Of a stretch of DNA of 64,000 bases, positions 20,265-30,063 are shown one piece after another. Source of the DNA: Ignavibacteriota bacterium (GTDB lineage Bacteria; Bacteroidota; Ignavibacteria; Palsa-1295); contig CAWBEI010000005.1 of the NCBI GenBank assembly GCA_963787835.1, forward strand, positions 292,313-356,312, read 5' to 3'. The position numbers and the translations under genes are program-made. Position 1 is the first letter of the stretch. The number at the start of each line of letters is the position of its first letter. The notes under the pieces are model-generated. The model made no database searches. It had not been told where the DNA came from and saw nothing but the letters and a program-made list of their open reading frames with translations.

Positions 20265-20810
20265 ATGAATCAATATCGTGAACAAGCTCTTCTCGCGGGA
20301 CTTTTAGTGGTCTTCGCGATCGCGACGCGCATCATTTTCAATATGCTGCACGTCTATAATTTCAATGCCGTGATGGCTGCGGGGCTTTTTGCCGGAGCGT
20401 ATCTCGGTTCGCGCCGCATGGGGCTCGTCATTCCATTCATTGCGATGCTTATTACCGATGCGGTGATCGGTTTCTATGACTGGAAGCTGATGGCAGTCGT
20501 TTATGCGTCTTTTGGTATTGCGGTTCTACTCGGAAAGTTCTATGTGAAGGATGCAACGCTGTTGCGCTGGATCGGCTCGGTGCTTGGCGGTTCGCTGACG
20601 TTCTTCGTGGCCACAAATTTCGCAGTGTGGCTCTTCGGGGATGGATCGTTCTATCCACACACACTTGCTGGACTCGGTCAGTGCTTTACGATGGCGATTC
20701 CTTTCTACCGGAGTTCATTTCTCGGCGATCTGACATGGAGCGCCGTGCTTTTTGGCGGATATGAACTATTGAAGCTGAGCCTCCAGAAAAGAATACCGGT
20801 CGCGGGATAA
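20265..20810 (+). CDS. DUF6580 / BtuM-like membrane transporter
   Basis: Several TMs; NFNAVMAAGLFAG, FFVATNFAVW, YPHTLAGLGQCFTMAIPF. Confidence 0.75.
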   Translation: MNQYREQALLAGLLVVFAIATRIIFNMLHVYNFNAVMAAGLFAGAYLGSRRMGLVIPFIAMLITDAVIGFYDWKLMAVVYASFGIAVLLGKFYVKDATLLRWIGSVLGGSLTFFVATNFAVWLFGDGSFYPHTLAGLGQCFTMAIPFYRSSFLGDLTWSAVLFGGYELLKLSLQKRIPVAG

Positions 20811-20835
20811 CCGATCAATGGAAAATGATAATTTT

Positions 20836-20869
20836 GAAGGCTCTCGCAAATAGTGAGGGCCTTCTTTTT
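20836..20869 (+). terminator. Rho-independent terminator of B12 operon
   Basis: GAAGGCTCTCGC-AAATA-GTGAGGGCCTTC followed by TTTTT. Confidence 0.7.
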
Positions 20870-20929
20870 GACTGGGATTTATGAGATTTGATGGGGATTT
20901 TTGGGAATGATGAAAATAGGAATTCTTTT

Positions 20930-22132
20930 ATGAAAAACGATACCTTTACAACCAACGGCGAGAGCAACGAAGAGTCTCCTTCATCCTTCATCCATCACGC
21001 ATCACCGACAATGCTGCCTTCATCCTTGCCCATCCGTCTCGTTCTGGAAAATGGAGCCGTCTTTCGGGGCAGTGCATTCGGCGCGCTCGATGTCCGGCGC
21101 AATACGGGGGAAGTGGTTTTTACCACAAGCATCACCGGTTATCAGGAAATTCTCACGGATCCATCCTACGCCGGGCAGATCGTTACCATGACGAATCCGC
21201 TCATGGGGAACTACGGCGCGAATGCTGAAGACTTAGAATCCTGGAAACCATTTGTGTCCGGGTTTGCAGTGCGCGAGAATGCCGAACGTTATTCCAACTG
21301 GCGCGCTACGGAAAGCCTGGATAAATTCCTTGCTCAAAATGGAATTTTGGGAATCGAACAGATCGATACACGCCGGCTTGTCCGTTTGTTGCGCAGCGAG
21401 GGCGCGATGCGTGGAGTGCTTTCAACCGAAGGGCTCTCGGATACAGAACTGGTCGAGATCGCACGGCAAAGCCCGAAGATGGATGGCCTCGATCTCACCA
21501 AAGGCGTAACGACTGTCGGAACGTATGACATGGAAACCCCTCTCCTTACCAAGGAGAGGGGCAGGGGAGAGGTCGCGCATGTTGTTGTGATCGACTACGG
21601 CATCAAGCAAAACATCTTGCGCAAGCTCGTCGATCACGGAGCGCGGCTGACGGTTATGCCTTCTACCACAACGCTCGAACAGATCCTCGAGCAAAAGCCC
21701 GATGGAATTTTTCTCTCGAACGGCCCCGGCGATCCCGATGCGGTGAAGGATACCATCGCGATGCTGAAAAAGCTCATTAAACTCGAAGAGCATCCGATCT
21801 TTGGGATTTGTTTGGGGCATCAACTGCTTTCGCTGGCGTTGGGAGGAAATACGTACAAGTTAAAGTTCGGTCATCGCGGCGCGAACCACCCTGTGAAGAA
21901 TTTGCTGTCCGATAAGATAGAGATCACTTCCCAAAATCACGGCTTTGCGGTGGATTGGAAGACCATGCCGAAGGACTGCGAACTTACGCACCTGAACCTG
22001 AACGATCAAACCGTGGAAGGTTTTCGCCACACCAAACTCCCGATCTTTGCCGTGCAATACCACCCCGAAGCCTCGCCCGGCCCGCACGAAAGCGATTATT
22101 TATTCGGGCAGTTTATGGAGGGGATGAAATAA
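20930..22132 (+). CDS. carA: Carbamoyl-phosphate synthase small subunit
   Basis: GEVVFTTSITGYQEILTDPSY, LSNGPGDP, GICLGHQ, QYHPEASPGP; start 20930 or 21011. Confidence 0.97.
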   Translation: MKNDTFTTNGESNEESPSSFIHHASPTMLPSSLPIRLVLENGAVFRGSAFGALDVRRNTGEVVFTTSITGYQEILTDPSYAGQIVTMTNPLMGNYGANAEDLESWKPFVSGFAVRENAERYSNWRATESLDKFLAQNGILGIEQIDTRRLVRLLRSEGAMRGVLSTEGLSDTELVEIARQSPKMDGLDLTKGVTTVGTYDMETPLLTKERGRGEVAHVVVIDYGIKQNILRKLVDHGARLTVMPSTTTLEQILEQKPDGIFLSNGPGDPDAVKDTIAMLKKLIKLEEHPIFGICLGHQLLSLALGGNTYKLKFGHRGANHPVKNLLSDKIEITSQNHGFAVDWKTMPKDCELTHLNLNDQTVEGFRHTKLPIFAVQYHPEASPGPHESDYLFGQFMEGMK

Positions 22133-22224
22133 TCGGGAATTTTATATTTAGAAAATAATTATTTGATGGATTGCTAATGGTAGATTAGGAACGAGGGGGG
22201 GGGGGGGACGTTGGTTTCAGTATC

Positions 22225-22902
22225 ATGTGTAAAACTTGTAATAACGAAACACCAAATCAACCTATGAATCCAAATCACAGATCACTTAGTATTCAGTCGT
22301 GGTTCGATCTCGTCGTGATGCCGACGATGGATCCGAGAAGCATTATTCAGACCGCATCGTTTGAAGATCAGGGTGGCACCATGCGTGCTGCTTCATTCCT
22401 CCGTAGCATGGACTGGTTTGTGTCAGCAACATGGATCAATCCGAACTTGTCGGTCACTGTTCCTGCGGCGGGCCTGATTCCTAACGTAACGGTTCCAAAT
22501 GTGTATGATTTCGCATCCATTGAAGACGCGAACGCTTGGAACACGCTTCATCAGATGGTCGCGCCAAGCCCGTTGACTCTTCCGATTGCTGTGCAAAAGA
22601 TCATGTTCCTAAAAGCTGGTACCGCGTTTGTGAATAATCTCTATCTGGATTGGAAAGCGGGAATCACTGCCACGAGTGTGGAACTCAGCTTTCGGGATAA
22701 CTCTGCCACGAGCGGTGATTTCCAGAACGCCGCAGCCGGAACGGTGCCAGCATTTGTTTTCCCATCAACTGCAACCTATGGCGGTTTAGGGAGAAATCTG
22801 CAAGTGACATTGCTACGAACCGGACGTTTTATCGTGGGGCTTCGCATTGTTGATAGCACCGGCAGCCCCAGCATGTTCGAAATGGAATGGATCGTCGAAT
22901 AA
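22225..22902 (+). CDS. Hypothetical protein, beta-rich, N-terminal CxxC
   Basis: 225-aa ORF; no family recognised. Confidence 0.6.
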   Translation: MCKTCNNETPNQPMNPNHRSLSIQSWFDLVVMPTMDPRSIIQTASFEDQGGTMRAASFLRSMDWFVSATWINPNLSVTVPAAGLIPNVTVPNVYDFASIEDANAWNTLHQMVAPSPLTLPIAVQKIMFLKAGTAFVNNLYLDWKAGITATSVELSFRDNSATSGDFQNAAAGTVPAFVFPSTATYGGLGRNLQVTLLRTGRFIVGLRIVDSTGSPSMFEMEWIVE

Positions 22903-22915
22903 GGAGACTTAAACC

Positions 22916-23818
22916 ATGGCTGTAGCACGACAGAACGGGACAACCCCGCTTCCTGCACTTCCGACGCGGATTTTACCGCCGGCATCTCCGTTTGGCGTAA
23001 TACCGGGTTCTGGAAGAACTCCACTTCCAGGTTCGTTGCCGCCGATGCATCCCCTTGATGCGGAGCCAGATCCGAGCGGGGGTGGTGATGATTGTGAATG
23101 CGGCTCGATATCCTCTCCAATCTCTCTCGACGGCGGGGGGGGGGAGGACAATAATAATGTAACATGCCTTCCTTGTGACGATTGGGGCGGGGGCTTTAGC
23201 ATAGGTGGGCCGCCAGGTGGGGGGCCAGGTCCAACTGGGCCGCGAAGCGGTGGAACTGGTTCAACGGGAGGCTCAACTGGAGGTTCAACGGGCGGATCCG
23301 GAGGCTCTGGAGGGGGTAATTCAAATCAAGAGACGATTCAGCAGATAGAGGCGATAGCTGCTGCAATACTTGCACTATATAACCCATCAACTCGACTTGG
23401 GAAGATTGTTCAGCAACTTTTAGGGCAAGCTCTGACGAGCAACGATCCTGGAACACTGAATCAAATCCTCTTCTATCTAAGCACGGTTAATACAATTATT
23501 AAAACTGCGGGTTTATTAGGACCTGTAGTCACTGAAGCATTAGCCACTCTTTTGGAGATTGCGACAGAGGGTGGATTGGCAGCTGGAGAAATAAGCCTCC
23601 TTTTTGAGCTGTTTTCAAATCCATATGTTGACGGTTTTTTGGCATTCATTACACTAGTCCAGGGTGTTCATGCACTTTCACAGTTGGCTGTGCCATTCTT
23701 AACTGGCCTTTTGAACAGTATGTTCGATGAAATTAATAAATTAATTAATAAGCTAGGCAACACACCACCAATGAAGAAGGCAATGCAAGATTTATATAAC
23801 TGGATAATGTACCATTAA
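22916..23818 (+). CDS. Hypothetical Pro/Gly-rich protein with hydrophobic helical C-terminal domain (possible toxin)
   Basis: Strong SD (TAAGGAG), Pro-rich N-terminus, CECG/CLPC, Gly-Ser-Thr linker, hydrophobic helices. Confidence 0.6.
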   Translation: MAVARQNGTTPLPALPTRILPPASPFGVIPGSGRTPLPGSLPPMHPLDAEPDPSGGGDDCECGSISSPISLDGGGGEDNNNVTCLPCDDWGGGFSIGGPPGGGPGPTGPRSGGTGSTGGSTGGSTGGSGGSGGGNSNQETIQQIEAIAAAILALYNPSTRLGKIVQQLLGQALTSNDPGTLNQILFYLSTVNTIIKTAGLLGPVVTEALATLLEIATEGGLAAGEISLLFELFSNPYVDGFLAFITLVQGVHALSQLAVPFLTGLLNSMFDEINKLINKLGNTPPMKKAMQDLYNWIMYH

Positions 23819-23833
23819 CTTTTTTCCTTTCAA

Positions 23834-24688
23834 GTGCGTTTTTTATCTCTAACTTGGTTCTATGTAACTATTCTTTGTACTTGCGTGATTTATTCAGCTT
23901 GCACAAAGGCTCAGCTTGCTATGGTATCCCCTTGGCAAGGCAGTGGAATATCCCCAAATCCGACCCCGCTTGTAAAGGCTATTCTAAGTAATAATCGTGA
24001 AGAAATCCTCAGCATCCTCGATACAGGTGCAAGTCCCAATCAGATTAGTAGTGATACCGCCGACCAATTTGGGAATCCTCTTCAAGTCCTTCCACCACTC
24101 TCTTGGGCTGTGAGTGGACTTATAGTCTGTGACACATTAGTTCTTAAAATGTTGATCGATCACGGCGCGGATGTTAATGGGTTAGATTCTCTCCTTGCAT
24201 CAAGGTCTGAACTTCCATATTCGCCTATTAATGTAGCCATTCTTCACGGAGAAACTGTCGCTACTGAGTTTCTCTTAAGACACGGTGCGAATCCAAACAT
24301 ATTTGACCCACCCAAAGTCTGGTTTGGGCTATCTCCGCTTATTGGAGCAATTTTTAATAGAGATGTACAATTGGGGAGAACTGGACAATTGCTAGACCAA
24401 AATAAATTTGGCGATACGTCGAGTGCTAATCGAATGCGCGTATATGACACAATAATTACTTACCTTCTAAAATACGGCGCCTCCCCATCGCTCGCTGAAC
24501 CGAGTGGTAAAACCCCCCTTCACGCCGCCGCAGAATACTGTGATTCTGCACTGGCAGAAGAACTAATAGCTCGTGGTGCTTCAATAGAAGCGAAAGACAA
24601 TCAAGGTAACACACCTGAAGACCTTGCAAAGAAGAATTGCCCAGCCGTTCTTGCAGTAATTCAAAGACATAAAAATTCTACCAAATAA
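23834..24688 (+). CDS. Exported ankyrin-repeat protein
   Basis: Signal/lipobox-like N-terminus; LIDHGADVN, LLRHGANPN, GKTPLHAAA, GASIEAKDNQGNTP. Confidence 0.9.
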   Translation: MRFLSLTWFYVTILCTCVIYSACTKAQLAMVSPWQGSGISPNPTPLVKAILSNNREEILSILDTGASPNQISSDTADQFGNPLQVLPPLSWAVSGLIVCDTLVLKMLIDHGADVNGLDSLLASRSELPYSPINVAILHGETVATEFLLRHGANPNIFDPPKVWFGLSPLIGAIFNRDVQLGRTGQLLDQNKFGDTSSANRMRVYDTIITYLLKYGASPSLAEPSGKTPLHAAAEYCDSALAEELIARGASIEAKDNQGNTPEDLAKKNCPAVLAVIQRHKNSTK

Positions 24689-24716
24689 AAAAGGCCGGGT
24701 AAAAACCCGGCCTTTT
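24688..24716. terminator. Bidirectional intrinsic terminator
   Basis: AAAAAGGCCGGGT-AAAA-ACCCGGCCTTTT between convergent genes. Confidence 0.85.
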
Positions 24717-24733
24717 CTATCGCGAGAATATTT

Positions 24734-25339
24734 TTACTGCACTTTCAGCAGTTCGACATCGAAGATGAGTGTCGAGTTAGCGGGAATGGTTGGGGGCATA
24801 CCGCGCTGGCCGTAGGCCATGTTCGGCGGGCAGATGAGGCGGCGTTTTCCGCCAACCTTCATGCCGAGAATTCCTTCGTTCCAGCCTTCAATAACTCGTC
24901 CGGGAATCTGCGTGGTGAAGGGCTGAACGTGGTTGAACTTCGGATCAACGTTGGAATCGAATTTGGTGCCGTTCATGAGCATACCGGTATAATTTACGCT
25001 GACCGTTTGTCCTTTGGTGACTGCGGCTCCGGTACCGATCTTGGTATCGATGTATTCGAGTCCTGAAGGTGATTTGACGGTGTCGCCGACCTTTTCGGGG
25101 GCAGCGGTTTCCATTGTGGCAGGTGCTGGCGCGGCGGTTGGCTGTGCTGCCGTCGGCTGGCTTGATTCGGAGGTAGTTGATGCTGATGACATAGGTTGAT
25201 TTGGATCGATCGTTTGTGAGCTTGCTGCTGGAGTTTGTGAATTATCGGATTTTGCACAGCCCGCGTAGGAAACTGCGCTGATGGAAAGGGAAATGAGAGC
25301 GGCAACAACAGCTCCCTGACTGCGTCTGGACGTGAACAT
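24734..25339 (-). CDS. FKBP-type peptidyl-prolyl isomerase (exported)
   Basis: VNYTGMLMNGTKFDS, VIEGWNEGILGMKVGGKRRLICPPNMAYG, IPANSTLIFDVEL. Confidence 0.95.
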   Translation of the reverse strand: MFTSRRSQGAVVAALISLSISAVSYAGCAKSDNSQTPAASSQTIDPNQPMSSASTTSESSQPTAAQPTAAPAPATMETAAPEKVGDTVKSPSGLEYIDTKIGTGAAVTKGQTVSVNYTGMLMNGTKFDSNVDPKFNHVQPFTTQIPGRVIEGWNEGILGMKVGGKRRLICPPNMAYGQRGMPPTIPANSTLIFDVELLKVQ

Positions 25340-25350
25340 GGTTGGAATTT

Positions 25351-26511
25351 TCATTGATTGTATAAACGTGTTAGTTCTTCTTTTTTAGCTTCTTCGAACA
25401 GTTTTTGGTAACTCGAGTAACGGTCGATCGAGATCTTATCGTCCTCGACGGCTTGCCGGACCGCACAGCCCGGCTCGTGGATGTGTGAACAATTGGTTAT
25501 TGCGCAACGCTCCTGAAATTTCTGGAATTCCACAAAGGCGAATTTCAGGTTCTGTGGATCAAGTTCGAAGTTTGCGAATTCACGAACGCCGGGGGTATCG
25601 GCGATAAACGTATCTGGTATCCCTTCGACGGCTCGAAGCATGCTCGAAGCCGTGGTATGAGCACCGCCTTTGAATTTCCGTTGGAGGGAGCCTGTCTGAG
25701 CTGCTTCGCGGCCCAGAATGGCATTTACGATAGAGCTTTTGCCTACGCCGGAGTGTCCGGCGAACACGCTCGTTTTCCCGGCGATCTCCTCTTTTAGCTC
25801 TGAAATGCCTGTTCCAAGCGTTGCAGAGACGAGATAAACTGGGTAGCCTATTTCCTGATAAACATCACTAAAATAGCGCGCTTCATCCATTTCAGCAGCC
25901 GGTGCGCTATCGATCTTGTTAATGGCGATGACAATATCAAGCCCGCCCTCGACTCCGGCAACAACATAGCGGTCGATGATGCCGGAGCGAAGCTTCGGCT
26001 CGCCCACGCTTGCCACAATGACGAGCAGATCGACATTCGATACGACTACCTGCTCGAAGCTATCGCGCCTCCCGGCCGCACGCCTTGAAAGTTTGGTGCG
26101 GCGTGGCAGGACTTCTTCGATCAAATAATCGGCATTGTTTCCATTTTCATTCTCGAACAGGGATGGATGCTCGATTCGAACTTCGTCCCCGATAGCGACG
26201 AGTGTGGAATTCGGGTTAGCGCTGCGAGTCCCTTTGTAGGTTCGTGCTCGAATTTCGGTGCCATCTTCCGTTTGGAGCACGTAATAGATGCCCTCGGTGG
26301 TGATTACCCGATAGGGCGCCGCGAGTTGATTTTCTTGTGTCGGCGATAGTGGGCTATGCTCACGCTTTTTGGAAAGCTTACGGCGCGCGGAATTGCGATC
26401 CTCATGGGCGCCGCGAATTTGCTCGCGGGCAGGGCCGTCGTAGTCCTGTTCGGACGTCTTTGGATTGTAAGATGTATGCAGTATGTTGTATGAACGGGGA
26501 ACGCACAGCAT
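25351..26511 (-). CDS. rsgA: Ribosome small subunit-dependent GTPase A
   Basis: NKID, GHSGVGKSS, HTT, DTPG, Cx4CxHxxEPGCAV; start uncertain. Confidence 0.95.
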   Translation of the reverse strand: MLCVPRSYNILHTSYNPKTSEQDYDGPAREQIRGAHEDRNSARRKLSKKREHSPLSPTQENQLAAPYRVITTEGIYYVLQTEDGTEIRARTYKGTRSANPNSTLVAIGDEVRIEHPSLFENENGNNADYLIEEVLPRRTKLSRRAAGRRDSFEQVVVSNVDLLVIVASVGEPKLRSGIIDRYVVAGVEGGLDIVIAINKIDSAPAAEMDEARYFSDVYQEIGYPVYLVSATLGTGISELKEEIAGKTSVFAGHSGVGKSSIVNAILGREAAQTGSLQRKFKGGAHTTASSMLRAVEGIPDTFIADTPGVREFANFELDPQNLKFAFVEFQKFQERCAITNCSHIHEPGCAVRQAVEDDKISIDRYSSYQKLFEEAKKEELTRLYNQ

Positions 26512-26580
26512 TCATTTCATACTTCATAGTTCATACTTCATACTTCACATATCGCCCGCCGGCCCTGGATAGCACTCGCG

Positions 26581-28095
26581 TTGTGCGGCCTGATCTATTC
26601 GCCCTCGTTATTCTGGTCTTTAGGGCTGGATCAGAATATCTTTGCCGAGATCGGTTCATTGCTGCTGCAATGCAAGAAGCTATACGTCGATGCGTGGGAT
26701 GTCAAGCCCCCGAATATTTTCTATGTCTATGCTTTCTTCGAATGGATATTCGGTCAGCATGAATTTGCGGTGCGAGTATCGGATTATGTGTTTTCTCTTA
26801 TAGCCTGCGTCGCCATTTTCGTGGCGACCGAACGTCAAAGTTCTCCAATCGCAATTAATGGAAGGGGATGGGCAGCACCATTAGCCGCTGTGTTGCTTGC
26901 CCTCACACTGCTTTCGCTTGGACTTGCGGATACTGCGCAGACGGAATCGTATTCGCTTGCTTTCATGCTTGCCGCTGTTGCAATCTCGTTTGCAAAGATG
27001 GGAGATAAGCGTTACCGATTATTTGTGGCGGGCGCGCTCATCGGCATTGCAACATTCTTTAAGACGACGAATGCTATTTTTCTTATTCCCATAACGGTTG
27101 AACTGTTTTTCAGAGATCGAAAGCATTTCGTTCGGTCTCTGTTGCTTTTCTTTTTGGGATTTATTATTTGGTGTGGACTTCAACTTGGGATCTTAGCGAT
27201 CGAAGGAAGTCTCGGGGAGTATCTGCAAATTACGTACCGTGTACTTACCCATCATTCGAATGAAGTGTCTGATTTAGGTACTTGGAGTGTGTTCAGAGCA
27301 ATATGGCTCTATGTGGACCTATGGAGCATCTTGGTGATCGTTGCGATTGTTGTTGCTCTGATCAGGCGTGACAGTGCATTCCTTCGAACAGTGCGAATGC
27401 CACTACTCTTGCTATGCGCGGGAGTTGCGGCGGTTATCGTTCAGAACAAGGGGTGGGGCTATCAGTATGTGGTGTTACTGCCGGGTCTGATTCCGATATG
27501 CGCGATTGCTGGAATTTATCTTTACGATCGAATCAAAGAGAGAAGCCGTTGGACGGCTGTCATCTGCGCCATTTTTATATTGATTCACACGCTGGCGTTG
27601 TCCCCCAGTGCCCGGCGCCGCATTCACAATATTTCGGATGCGATGCTTTCGATTCGCGATCATCCGGTGTATGTGGGAACACTCGGTTCAATACAGAGCC
27701 TTTATTATCCTCTCGGAACGGATACACTTGGGCGCTATCTGAGGGATCATACCACTCCGAAGGATGAAGTATTTATTTTTGGCGAAGAACCGGGAGCTTA
27801 CTGGAGGGCTGAGAGAATTCCCGCCACGCGATTTGTTTATTCCTTGCTTTTTACGAGTGGGGTGATCTCGGATGGCGATCTTCAAGCAATGAAGGATTCA
27901 CTTTCACAAAAAAAACCGGCGGTCATCGTGATCGAGCGATTCGATACGACGGCATTTCGTGGGCGACCGGAGACCAGTGAATCGCTGGTGGTTACGGATA
28001 GCCGCTTTAAGACACTGCATGATCTGCTCGGCGTTGACTACAAGATAGGGGATACCGTTTGCGATAAATTCATGATCTATCACCGAGTGAATTAA
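26581..28095 (+). CDS. GT-C fold glycosyltransferase (ArnT/PMT-like)
   Basis: LYVDAWDVKPP motif, many TM helices, periplasmic C-terminal domain; start uncertain. Confidence 0.8.
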   Translation: MCGLIYSPSLFWSLGLDQNIFAEIGSLLLQCKKLYVDAWDVKPPNIFYVYAFFEWIFGQHEFAVRVSDYVFSLIACVAIFVATERQSSPIAINGRGWAAPLAAVLLALTLLSLGLADTAQTESYSLAFMLAAVAISFAKMGDKRYRLFVAGALIGIATFFKTTNAIFLIPITVELFFRDRKHFVRSLLLFFLGFIIWCGLQLGILAIEGSLGEYLQITYRVLTHHSNEVSDLGTWSVFRAIWLYVDLWSILVIVAIVVALIRRDSAFLRTVRMPLLLLCAGVAAVIVQNKGWGYQYVVLLPGLIPICAIAGIYLYDRIKERSRWTAVICAIFILIHTLALSPSARRRIHNISDAMLSIRDHPVYVGTLGSIQSLYYPLGTDTLGRYLRDHTTPKDEVFIFGEEPGAYWRAERIPATRFVYSLLFTSGVISDGDLQAMKDSLSQKKPAVIVIERFDTTAFRGRPETSESLVVTDSRFKTLHDLLGVDYKIGDTVCDKFMIYHRVN

Positions 28096-28180
28096 TTATT
28101 GCTATTTGCATAATAAAGCCGGTTCGAACTTATAGGGCTTCTGTCCGGTTTTTGCGCCGCACACTACGGAAGCTTTTTTC

Positions 28181-29305
28181 ATGGGCCTATTTTCTAAATC
28201 CTCTCCATCCTCAGACATCACGGAATCCAGCGTATTAGATGCGCTTCGTGCCGTTCAGGATCCCGATCTCCACCGAGACGTCGTCAGCCTTGGCATGATC
28301 AAGGATATTTCGCTGAATGGAAAAAATGTAAGCTTTACCTTCGAACTTACGACTCCATCCTGCCCGATAAAAGGCGAGCTGGAACGGCAGGCGAAAGAGG
28401 CCGTGGAGCGCATTGCCGGCGAAGGAAATGTGGAGGTGAAAATGACATCCCGCGTGCCGGAATCAGCGCATAAATCGGATGGGCAAATGCTGCCAGGGGT
28501 GAAGAACACGATCGCAATTGCTTCCGGCAAGGGAGGAGTGGGCAAATCGACGGTTGCGGCCAATCTTGCCGTACAATTAGCAAAAGCTGGCGCCAAGGTA
28601 GGCTTGCTGGATGCCGATATCTATGGCCCCAGCATTCCGATCATGTTCGGGCTTGAGAATGCGAAGCCCTTGGCACGGCAGGTTACGCCGGACAAAGTTA
28701 AGATGGTTCCACTCGAAGCGGAGGGAATAAAGATCATGTCGATCGGCTTTTTGGTCGATCCCGACACTGCCGTGGTGTGGCGTGGACCGATGGCATCCGG
28801 AGCGCTGAAGCAATTCATAAGCGATGTCGATTGGGGGGAACTTGATTATCTTCTATTCGATCTTCCACCTGGGACGGGTGATATACAATTGACGCTTGTC
28901 CAATCCATTGCATTAACGGGAGCGGTCATTGTTACGACACCGCAGGATGTAGCGCTTGCCGATGCTCGCAAGGGGATTCGTATGTTCGAGAAAGTCCATG
29001 TGCCGGTGATCGGCATTGTGGAGAATATGAGTTATTTTATCTGCTCCCATTGCGGCGAGCGAGAAGAAATATTTGCACATGGTGGCGGCGAGCGGGCAGC
29101 TCGGAGTTTTGAAGTACCATTTCTGGGTGAGCTTCCGCTCGTGACCGCCGTTCGTGAGGGCGGCGATGCTGGGCATCCCATCGTTTCAACGGCGCCTGAT
29201 TCGCCGGCAGGGAAGGCCTTCGAGGGCATTGCCAGCGAAATGGCACGGCAGGTTTCAATCCTCGCATTCGCGCCGAACCAATCTATGGTTCAAATTGATA
29301 TTTAA
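28181..29305 (+). CDS. apbC: Mrp/NBP35 Fe-S cluster carrier ATPase
   Basis: DUF59 N-terminus, SGKGGVGKST, DADIYGPS, DLPPGTGD, ENMSYFICSHC. Confidence 0.95.
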   Translation: MGLFSKSSPSSDITESSVLDALRAVQDPDLHRDVVSLGMIKDISLNGKNVSFTFELTTPSCPIKGELERQAKEAVERIAGEGNVEVKMTSRVPESAHKSDGQMLPGVKNTIAIASGKGGVGKSTVAANLAVQLAKAGAKVGLLDADIYGPSIPIMFGLENAKPLARQVTPDKVKMVPLEAEGIKIMSIGFLVDPDTAVVWRGPMASGALKQFISDVDWGELDYLLFDLPPGTGDIQLTLVQSIALTGAVIVTTPQDVALADARKGIRMFEKVHVPVIGIVENMSYFICSHCGEREEIFAHGGGERAARSFEVPFLGELPLVTAVREGGDAGHPIVSTAPDSPAGKAFEGIASEMARQVSILAFAPNQSMVQIDI

Positions 29306-29330
29306 TTCATTCGTGGATCCGAACGGAAGC

Positions 29331-29651
29331 ATGGCGAGTAATGGAATTGCTACTATCGGCGACACGGAAACGCGTGTCCGCCGGGCACTCGAGCATGTGA
29401 AGCCCTATCTGTTAGTGGATGGAGGCAGCGTTGAGCTTGTTCGTATCGATTATAACAGCCACGTTGTAGAGGTCTGCCTTGTCGGCGCATGCAAAACGTG
29501 TTCGCTGGCTATGATGACCCTCCGGGCCGGTATCGAGCGAGCTATCCTGCATGAAGCGCCGGAGATACACCGGGTTGAGGCTGTTTCCAATTCAGCTATG
29601 GAGCAAGAATTTGAATTCACAAGACCCTTGAACGGGATTCTTTTAGGGTAA
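29331..29651 (+). CDS. NifU-like (NfuA C-terminal) protein
   Basis: VKPYLLVDGGSVELV...LVGACKTC...TLRAGIE. Confidence 0.88.
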   Translation: MASNGIATIGDTETRVRRALEHVKPYLLVDGGSVELVRIDYNSHVVEVCLVGACKTCSLAMMTLRAGIERAILHEAPEIHRVEAVSNSAMEQEFEFTRPLNGILLG

Positions 29652-29710
29652 AAGTTTTTTTACCAATACCTTCGTATCGATCTTCTTAGAATTTTTGAGA
29701 ATTATTGACC

Positions 29711-30037
29711 ATGACAGACGATCTTGCGGCCGATCTGTGGCCACCGAAGTTTTGGAATGCCCATATCACCCCTGAATTTGGGTTGTCGGAATCGACCAAT
29801 GTGCTCGAGGATCTCATTTCACGAGTATTCCTCTTCAACGACAACTATCACACGTTTGATGACGTGATAATGCAGGTGCGAAAAGCACTCGGATGCTCCG
29901 ATGATAAGGGAGCAGCTGTTGCGTGGGAAGTGCACACTCGTGGCAAGGCGCTCGTCTTTGAAGGCGAGATGCTGGAATGCCTCAAAGTAAGCTCCGTGCT
30001 CGAGGAGATCAGCCTGCATACGCAGGTGACGACCTAA
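29711..30037 (+). CDS. clpS: ATP-dependent Clp protease adaptor ClpS
   Basis: VFLFNDNYHTFDDVI, EVHTRGKA. Confidence 0.85.
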   Translation: MTDDLAADLWPPKFWNAHITPEFGLSESTNVLEDLISRVFLFNDNYHTFDDVIMQVRKALGCSDDKGAAVAWEVHTRGKALVFEGEMLECLKVSSVLEEISLHTQVTT

Positions 30038-30063
30038 GCGGCCGCCACCTGCTGCTAACTCGT

